From: a virus | Taxonomy: Duplodnaviria > Heunggongvirae > Uroviricota > Caudoviricetes | Length of the DNA: 27,135 nucleotides | Virus record (IMG/VR): IMGVR_UViG_2529292920_000017 | Direction: 5' to 3' (one strand) | Shown here: positions 1 through 5,622 of the stretch, piece by piece | Numbering within the stretch: position 1 is the stretch's first letter | Layout of the letters: every line of letters begins with the position of its first letter | Notes under the pieces: generated by a model | Told to the model about the DNA's origin: nothing | The model's input: only the letters and a program-made list of their open reading frames with translations | Databases searched by the model: none | Made by a program: the position numbers and the translations under genes

Positions 1-56
1 GGTATCCGTTCTGCTGAAGTGTCATGGCGTTGATTTTACGGTGACTCTTCGACAGT

Positions 57-83
57 GAAAAGAAAAAAGGCCGCAGAGCGGCC
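57..83 (-). terminator. Rho-independent terminator candidate downstream of the int-cargo transcript
   Basis: Plus strand 69-83 is ggccgcagagcggcc (6-bp inverted repeat GGCCGC/GCGGCC around a 3-nt loop) directly preceded by an A-run, so the minus strand reads hairpin followed by TTTTTTCTTTTC. Position is just 3' of the minus-strand gene at 190..585. Confidence 0.5.
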
Positions 84-189
84 ATAAACACAAACAAAAA
101 TCAATAAGTTAGATAATTATCAAAGACTTACAGACACACAAAAACACAGCCAACCACAACAAATAACAGGGATGTGGTCACTTTGTGGA

Positions 190-585
190 TCATTCGCTCC
201 CCTCTTTTTCCTTATTTCGTTGAACGCCAATTGCGACACACGTACTAAGCAAATCTTTACATTTCTCTACGTCTTCAGACTTACGCAATTTGATGCTTTT
301 TACAGACTGCGGGCTACTGTCCGTAGCACGATACATCGTTATTTCAATATCATTTCGGTCTAAGAGTCCCATAATGGCTTTTGCAACCTCCACACCCTTC
401 TTCGCGAAATCAAAGAACAGAGCAAGTTTATATGGATTTTCGACGGAAAAAACTTCAATTTTGCTAAAACCAACATCGTGTCGAGAAAAATATTGCTCAA
501 CCTCATCTCGAAGTTCTGGATCGCAGACAATGTCTATTCTCCAGTACTGACCTAAATGCAAATCGCTATTAACTGTTTTTTCCAC
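190..585 (-). CDS. hypothetical protein, AT-rich cargo gene distal to integrase
   Basis: ORF track 190..606 minus. Start reassigned to in-frame GTG at 583-585, preceded 5 nt upstream by AAGGAGG that overlaps the integrase stop codon. The ORF-track start at 606 is a TTG with no RBS. Visibly lower GC than flanking phage genes. No recognisable motif. Confidence 0.55.
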   Translation of the reverse strand: MEKTVNSDLHLGQYWRIDIVCDPELRDEVEQYFSRHDVGFSKIEVFSVENPYKLALFFDFAKKGVEVAKAIMGLLDRNDIEITMYRATDSSPQSVKSIKLRKSEDVEKCKDLLSTCVAIGVQRNKEKEGSE

Positions 586-595
586 AACATCCTCC

Positions 596-1570
596 TTACC
601 CAGCAATAGGATTAAATCTCACCGCATCCTGCAAGTAATCCGGCGCAAGATGGGCATAAATCATCGTTGTCTGAATCTTTGCGTGCCCCAGAATTTTCTG
701 GAGCGTCAGAATATTGCCGCCGTTCATCATGAAATGACTGGCGAAGGTGTGGCGCAGCGCATGAACAGCCTGGCCGTCAGGAACATCAGGTGCGACCGTT
801 TTGATGACATCGCGAACCAATGGATAATCCAGCGTCGGAAACACCAGTTTCCCGCCCCGTTTTTTGATCTTTTCAAACAGGCTTTCAGAAATAGGAACGG
901 TACGGTTTTTGCTGTTCTTCGTTTTTGAAAAAGTGATTCGACAATGAAGAACACGGCGCTGCTCCAGTGCCGCTACCTCGCCCCATCGCGCCCCGGTCGA
1001 CAGAAGGATTTCGACAGCCAGCCGTTCATCGGGATTTTCAGCCAGTGCATCCAGCAACTGAACACATTCAGACTTACTCAGATATCCCATTTCGCGCTCG
1101 TTAACCTTCATTCCTTTAAGGCCTTGAACGGGGTTATCGTTAAGAAAATGGCCGGATGAGATGAGTGCGGTAAACATCGCGCTTAACGCCCCAATCTCTC
1201 GATTTATGGTGCTGGGCTGTATCCCCTGCTCTATCCTGGACACACGTAGCTCGGTGAGCATCGTTGTATTAAGTTTATGCACGCACGGGTCATCCATTGC
1301 CTCACTCAAGCGCAGCAATTTAAGGCGCGTGTTATGCCCTGACTTCATTAGCTGACCGTGGTATTTCCACCACAAGTCAATAAGCACTGACAGCGGACGG
1401 CGATCAATGGAGTTTCCTTTCCACTCATTGTTATGCTGTTGCGCCAGCACCCACCGCTCATATAAAACTGCATCCGATTTCGTTTTAAATTTTTTACGAA
1501 TGCGTTTGCCTTTACGCCCCTCCGGGCGCATGTCAAGAAGATATCCTCCCGGAATTGATTTTATGCTCAT
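596..1570 (-). CDS. int: tyrosine site-specific integrase, P2 Int-like
   Basis: ORF track 596..1720 minus; start reassigned to ATG at 1568-1570 (MSIKSIPGGYLLDMRPEGRKGKRIRKKF), which matches the N-terminus of P2-family integrases as remembered. C-terminal region carries the tyrosine recombinase signature (HALRHTFASHFMMNGGNILTLQKILGHAKIQTTMIYAHL, R...HxxR...Y). Lies next to the repressor as in P2. Confidence 0.9.
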   Translation of the reverse strand: MSIKSIPGGYLLDMRPEGRKGKRIRKKFKTKSDAVLYERWVLAQQHNNEWKGNSIDRRPLSVLIDLWWKYHGQLMKSGHNTRLKLLRLSEAMDDPCVHKLNTTMLTELRVSRIEQGIQPSTINREIGALSAMFTALISSGHFLNDNPVQGLKGMKVNEREMGYLSKSECVQLLDALAENPDERLAVEILLSTGARWGEVAALEQRRVLHCRITFSKTKNSKNRTVPISESLFEKIKKRGGKLVFPTLDYPLVRDVIKTVAPDVPDGQAVHALRHTFASHFMMNGGNILTLQKILGHAKIQTTMIYAHLAPDYLQDAVRFNPIAG

Positions 1571-1619
1571 TCGTGAAACCCCAGCGTTACAAGACCACCA
1601 TGCCCCCAGCGCTCCATGA

Positions 1620-1928
1620 TTAGCCGGGCTGTGTGCCAGTCTTGCGGGGTTTTTGAGAAGGCGATGTGCTTTTTGGCCCATCAGGGGAGAGAGACGGACT
1701 GATCTGCCCAGCAGCCTCATTTGTTTTTCCCGTCATAAGCCAATTCATGTACTTAAAAAAGCGAGGGTGATTAACAATCTTGATAAGCACTTCGCCCCCT
1801 ATGTTTTCAATCCGCCCCGTTTCATAACGACGCAAAGTGCCGATAGGCACATCAATCAGGCCGCAAAATTCTTCGCGCGTTAAATCCTCTGATTCACGAA
1901 TCACTCTAATTTTTTCACCGATAAGCAT
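1620..1928 (-). CDS. C: immunity repressor, P2 C-type (short HTH repressor)
   Basis: ORF track 1620..1964 minus (GTG at 1964). Start reassigned to ATG at 1926-1928 giving about 102 aa: MLIGEKIRVIRESEDLTREEFCGLIDVPIGTLRRYETGR... This parallels the P2 C repressor (ISEKIVLMRKSEYLSRQQLADLTGVPYGTLSYYESGR, recalled from memory) in sequence and size. Divergent from the rightward early operon. Confidence 0.8.
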   Translation of the reverse strand: MLIGEKIRVIRESEDLTREEFCGLIDVPIGTLRRYETGRIENIGGEVLIKIVNHPRFFKYMNWLMTGKTNEAAGQISPSLSPDGPKSTSPSQKPRKTGTQPG

Positions 1929-2024
1929 TGACAGTGTTCCTATAAGTACACTAAGCTTGCGCACAAGGTGTACTTATAAGTACACCAGGTCACAAACAAC
2001 CACAGATAGCGCAGGTTATCACAC
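1929..2024. promoter_or_regulatory. divergent early promoter/operator region between C and the cox-like gene
   Basis: Perfect 18-bp palindrome GTGTACTTATAAGTACAC at 1968-1985 plus a half-site copy TATAAGTACAC at 1941-1951; TTGACA at 1928-1933. Sits between divergently transcribed repressor and early operon, the position of Pe/Pc and operators in P2. Confidence 0.6.
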
Positions 2025-2303
2025 ATGGCAAAAGTCCTGAACACACACGAACAGGCAGACTTTGAGCGTTTAGCAGCGTTCTATCCCTACCGCGATGAGC
2101 ATGGGTTACCAGTACTTGAAGAAAGCCTGAAAGATTACGCAAAGCGTACCAACCAAGCTGTTAACACAGTGAAAAGACAGGCTGACAGAGGTTCAATTCC
2201 CATCAACCAGGATGAAAAGAACTCAAGACGCACAGTAAATCTCTTCGCTCTTTTCCTGAAAACAATCAGGAGCGCAGAAAAATACGTGCAGATGACAAAA
2301 TAA
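2025..2303 (+). CDS. Cox/Apl-position small regulator (putative excisionase/transcriptional regulator)
   Basis: ATG at 2025, 92 aa, first gene of the rightward operon immediately opposite the repressor, same size class as P2 Cox. No sequence similarity to P2 Cox that I can confirm from memory; call is positional. Confidence 0.45.
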   Translation: MAKVLNTHEQADFERLAAFYPYRDEHGLPVLEESLKDYAKRTNQAVNTVKRQADRGSIPINQDEKNSRRTVNLFALFLKTIRSAEKYVQMTK

Positions 2304-2317
2304 CGAGGTGTCATTTT

Positions 2318-2656
2318 ATGCTGAAGCAACGCCGTAATTTTCGTACCGGAACAGAACGCCACGCTAACCGTTTCACTACCAGTGCATCACGCAGCAACAT
2401 CCGCTACAGCCTGAGTGATACACACGCAACGCCGGATGGCTACCCAGTAAAACAAATCGGCGAGCACGCCTGGCTGATTGAGAAAGCTGGAATCGTGATC
2501 CACAAATGCCCACGCAATCCGTTTACCGGAAACCGCATTTTTGCATTGAGCTGTGGCGACAATCAGTTCGGGCAGGATTTCACATTATACGAAGCACTTC
2601 GCACGGTTGATCGTCTGCTTCGCGGGCAAAGTTTTATTAAACAGGCTGATTTATAA
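2318..2656 (+). CDS. hypothetical early protein
   Basis: ATG at 2318 with GAGG about 10 nt upstream; 112-aa ORF in the rightward early operon. No recognised motif. Confidence 0.55.
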   Translation: MLKQRRNFRTGTERHANRFTTSASRSNIRYSLSDTHATPDGYPVKQIGEHAWLIEKAGIVIHKCPRNPFTGNRIFALSCGDNQFGQDFTLYEALRTVDRLLRGQSFIKQADL

Positions 2657-2666
2657 CGGGTGCTTT

Positions 2667-2954
2667 ATGACCAAAGACCATGCACAAGGTGTATTTATCC
2701 GTTTTATTGATTTTCGCGGTGAACTGTTATTACGTGCATCCGCTATTGACGGAGTGACTCCGGCGGGTAAAAACGGAGCCGACGAAGCCACTTACGTCTA
2801 TCTGAACGGCACGCGACTGCTTGTGGAACTTCCGTACCAGACCGTACGAGAAATCATTAGCGAAGCTGAAAAGGCACGCCAGGTTAATGGCGATGAACCC
2901 TATATCGAAATTATTTGTATGGATTCAGAAGCTGAAATACAGAAAGCAGATTAA
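2667..2954 (+). CDS. hypothetical early protein
   Basis: ORF track 2553..2954. The 5' part overlaps the previous gene in another frame, so start placed at internal ATG 2667 (MTKDHAQGVFIRF...). Weak RBS; start uncertain. Confidence 0.45.
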   Translation: MTKDHAQGVFIRFIDFRGELLLRASAIDGVTPAGKNGADEATYVYLNGTRLLVELPYQTVREIISEAEKARQVNGDEPYIEIICMDSEAEIQKAD

Positions 2955-2965
2955 AGGGTGTTGCA

Positions 2966-3208
2966 ATGGACAAAGAATATAAAACACTCATCAACAAAGC
3001 ACTTGAGCGTTTTTATTTTCGCTTAAGTGCATCAGGCGTTCATGCTGAACGTGCAGCCCGTGACTCATTGACCAGGGCAATCCGGAGTCTGTATGACGTG
3101 GCTTTTTACGCTGATGATCTGGATGCACTTAACGAACTTTCCGAGCTGATCTGTGCCGCAGAATGCGGAGAACATATTGAACCGTATAAGCTGGGGAATA
3201 TCGCATGA
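2966..3208 (+). CDS. hypothetical early protein
   Basis: ATG at 2966, 80-aa ORF, tightly packed after the previous gene. Confidence 0.55.
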   Translation: MDKEYKTLINKALERFYFRLSASGVHAERAARDSLTRAIRSLYDVAFYADDLDALNELSELICAAECGEHIEPYKLGNIA

Positions 3209-3318
3209 GTATATTTATCTCATGGCTTGTTCTGATTATTTCGGTGGCCTGCGCCATTGGGATTATGCGAATTATTAATTCAGTGAAAAAGATCGAGCGT
3301 TTTTTCTCTGATGAATAA
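3205..3318 (+). CDS. small hydrophobic peptide (37 aa), putative membrane peptide
   Basis: Translated by hand: MSIFISWLVLIISVACAIGIMRIINSVKKIERFFSDE. ATG at 3205 overlaps the stop of the upstream gene (ATGA). One predicted transmembrane helix followed by a charged tail. Below the ORF-track size cut-off. Confidence 0.35.
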   Translation: MSIFISWLVLIISVACAIGIMRIINSVKKIERFFSDE

Positions 3319-3411
3319 CGATACAAATAAAACATCAAATTAAATAAGAAAACGTGAAAACCATCCGTATTAACGGAGGTATTCGCACACGCAAATAACG
3401 GAGATACAAAA

Positions 3412-3822
3412 ATGCACGCAAAAGAAGAAGGTATCATCAGAGCACTGAAAGAAATTTCAAAGATGGAAAGCGAAGTAGCGAAAAAAGCCGTGGCCAATGC
3501 TCACATGGACGTCGCAACCCACACAATGATAGTCGCAAAAGTCACGGCAGAAGCTGCCAAAATCATCGAAGAACAGGGTGTGGAACTTGCGCTTCTCAAA
3601 ACTAAACCAGTCACCGGACTGGATTTATCTGACACCGGACGCCTTATTTACACTATTGGCTCGGAGCCACAGCGATACACCATTATCGCCGGATTACAGA
3701 ACAAATACCTGATCACTCCTCACCCCATAAGGGAATCAGCGCTTCTGACAAATCTCCGCCTGATAGAGCGCTCTCAAGTTGCATTCATTGATGACGCCCG
3801 ACACACCGTATTTAACGCATAG
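3412..3822 (+). CDS. hypothetical early protein
   Basis: ATG at 3412 with AACGGAG upstream; 136 aa. Preceded by an AT-rich intergenic region (3319-3411). Confidence 0.6.
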   Translation: MHAKEEGIIRALKEISKMESEVAKKAVANAHMDVATHTMIVAKVTAEAAKIIEEQGVELALLKTKPVTGLDLSDTGRLIYTIGSEPQRYTIIAGLQNKYLITPHPIRESALLTNLRLIERSQVAFIDDARHTVFNA

Positions 3823-3845
3823 GGTTACTGGACAAAGGGGGTGCA

Positions 3846-4049
3846 ATGGCAATTAAGCATTTTCCCGTCGTTCGCTTTACCTCCAGAGGGCGCGAATACG
3901 AGGTCGACGAACGCCTGATTACCACTATCGACAAACATCGTTCGGAAAAGGATGCACACCACATCTACCTCACTGACGGCACTTACTTCTGCGCCACCAA
4001 CGTGGCGCGGGTGAATCTTATCCGACAGGTACAGGAGCCACGCAGATGA
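3846..4049 (+). CDS. hypothetical early protein
   Basis: ATG at 3846 with AAAGGGGG upstream; 67 aa; its stop overlaps the next start. Confidence 0.55.
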   Translation: MAIKHFPVVRFTSRGREYEVDERLITTIDKHRSEKDAHHIYLTDGTYFCATNVARVNLIRQVQEPRR

Positions 4050-4312
4050 CCATTCTGGACTACATCGCTACTCATCCGGGTTGTAGCGGCGGAGAGATCG
4101 CCGCAGCACTGAATACTCCAACCACAGCCATTAATGCTGAGTTACGCCAACTTTGGCGCGGCGGCTTAGTCATCAGAACAAACCGCAGCACAGGTGGTCG
4201 CGCTCGCAAAACTGGAGGCCAGGCTTCTTACCACGTAAACCCGATGCCGTTCGGGTGTAGCAATCCACTTACTCACATGTTTAACCAGCTACTGAAGGAA
4301 GCCAGAACATGA
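4046..4312 (+). CDS. small DNA-binding protein candidate (winged-helix-like)
   Basis: ATG at 4046 with CAGGAG upstream; 88 aa. N-terminal MTILDYIATHPGCSGGEIAAALNTPTTAINAELRQLWRGGLVIR has the helix-turn-helix/wing pattern of small MarR/ArsR-like proteins. This is an inference from pattern only. Confidence 0.5.
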   Translation: MTILDYIATHPGCSGGEIAAALNTPTTAINAELRQLWRGGLVIRTNRSTGGRARKTGGQASYHVNPMPFGCSNPLTHMFNQLLKEART

Positions 4313-4569
4313 GCACCATCAACCACCAGAAGCTACGCGAACTGGCATTTGCCCTGCAACGAATGGCAACGCCTCAAAAATTACTGGCATTTCGCGCAAT
4401 GCTCTCGCCGTCTGCTGTGCTGGCACTGCTGGATGAGCTGGAGCACGCCAGAACCACGGCTCCTGCCATTCGCCTGACACTCCATCATGAAATCGCTGAT
4501 TTCTGCGCGACGTTGGAGGCACCCGGCGAACCGGAAACGCCGGAAGCAATACAGCAAGAGCTGCTGTAA
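4309..4569 (+). CDS. hypothetical early protein
   Basis: ATG at 4309 with AAGGAAG upstream; 86 aa; start overlaps the previous stop. Confidence 0.55.
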   Translation: MSTINHQKLRELAFALQRMATPQKLLAFRAMLSPSAVLALLDELEHARTTAPAIRLTLHHEIADFCATLEAPGEPETPEAIQQELL

Positions 4570-4694
4570 CGCATTGACAAGGTTTTTGATTTTTTCTGAA
4601 CCAGTAAGAAACCAGAACATGCACACACAAAAAAACCGCTTGCCATGCCGCAATCGGTCAGGTTACATTTCCGCTGCACCTCATAAAACGGGTG

Positions 4695-4922
4695 CCGGGA
4701 TTCTCAACCCGATACAGAGCAAAGCGCATAACCGCGCCAGCGGTTTTTTTGTGCGTACTGTATTGCCACGTCTTTTTCGCGTCAGAATTATGGCGGGGCG
4801 TACGGGGCCGACTTCGGTCGGGCCGGATTCTTTGCTCTCCGGTGTTGAGAACCCTGTACGTCTCGCCACCCCGAGATTCTCAACTCTGGATGGTGAGCTA
4901 TTTCTATCACCGAGCAAAGAGG
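4695..4922 (+). promoter_or_regulatory. structured non-coding leader/RNA candidate with repeated bipartite motif
   Basis: Three copies of the pair TTCTCAAC...GAGCAAAG: direct at 4701-4708/4717-4724, inverted at 4830-4837 (CTTTGCTC) and 4844-4851 (GTTGAGAA), direct at 4877-4884/4912-4919. A UUCG-tetraloop hairpin lies at 4805-4824 and a terminator hairpin at 4730-4750. The third GAGCAAAG overlaps the RBS (AAGAGG 4917-4922) of the ORF starting at 4930. Confidence 0.5.
4730..4750 (+). terminator. Rho-independent terminator candidate
   Basis: AACCGC-GCCA-GCGGTT stem-loop followed by seven T residues (4744-4750), in a non-coding stretch after the 4309..4569 gene. Confidence 0.6.
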
Positions 4923-4929
4923 CCACACC

Positions 4930-5160
4930 ATGGCAAACCGCAAACAACAGCGCGCATACGCTGCGCGTCGTCACATCCAGACTGAAATCAACCGTAGACT
5001 TTTCCGCGCATCACGCGTCGCGCAAATCATGCACATCAATATGCTGCATGAGCGCAGCCACGCGCTATCGAACATCTATTCCGCCTCTGTTTTCAGCTAT
5101 CTGGCGGATGATCTGCGCGAGCTGCAACAACTCTTCCAGCAGCAAAACAAACTCCATTAA
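4930..5160 (+). CDS. hypothetical small basic protein
   Basis: ATG at 4930 with AAGAGG 7 nt upstream; 76 aa, arginine-rich N-terminus (MANRKQQRAYAARRHIQTEINRR). Confidence 0.5.
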   Translation: MANRKQQRAYAARRHIQTEINRRLFRASRVAQIMHINMLHERSHALSNIYSASVFSYLADDLRELQQLFQQQNKLH

Positions 5161-5232
5161 TTCCTGTTCCGGGCCTTTCCTGCACCTTGCGGCGGGAGGC
5201 CTTCGCACATCTGTAGTAAAGAGAATTGCAGC

Positions 5233-5622
5233 ATGATTGACGCTCATGACTTCACAAGATGGGTGCGCACACAGGACACCCGTCTGGCTCCCGTTCTTCA
5301 GGGATTATTTGATCTCTACATCCGTGGTCGTGACAACAGAGCACGCACCACAAAACCGGAAAATGCAGACACCCTTTATTTCACAGTAGACGACTGCTAC
5401 CGCGTGGACTTCACACCACACGGGCTGGCGTTGCATTGCCTGATACCACACGGAGAATCACTGCTGGCGTATTACGACTCCCCGGCCTCCGTATTTGCGG
5501 CAATGCTGGCGCATCGCACTGCTGGCGGGTGTGCCTCGCTGAGTGAATACACCGCTGAATTTAACCGCCTTTCTGCCCTCTTCTCGCAGGAGTGGCAGCG
5601 CGTGACGGGATACCAGCCATGA
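5233..5622 (+). CDS. hypothetical protein immediately upstream of the replication initiator (P2 gene B position)
   Basis: ATG at 5233; 129 aa; stop overlaps the gene A start (ATGA at 5619-5622). Positional analogy to P2 B only; no motif recognised. Confidence 0.5.
   Translation: MIDAHDFTRWVRTQDTRLAPVLQGLFDLYIRGRDNRARTTKPENADTLYFTVDDCYRVDFTPHGLALHCLIPHGESLLAYYDSPASVFAAMLAHRTAGGCASLSEYTAEFNRLSALFSQEWQRVTGYQP

Noticed and set aside
1-190. Attachment site (attL) or tRNA integration target at the left edge
   Set aside because: The prophage end should be near here given the int position, but without the other prophage end or the host sequence I cannot identify a core repeat. Only a terminator-like hairpin is supportable.
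1570-1964. Longer N-terminally extended versions of int (start 1720) and the repressor (start 1964) given by the ORF track
   Set aside because: The extensions begin at non-ATG codons, would make int and C overlap by about 100 nt, and the added residues have no counterpart in P2-type Int or C. Internal ATG starts give canonical N-termini.
4695-4930. Retron msr/msd non-coding RNA
   Set aside because: Inverted repeats and stable hairpins are present, but there is no reverse transcriptase gene adjacent or anywhere in the window.
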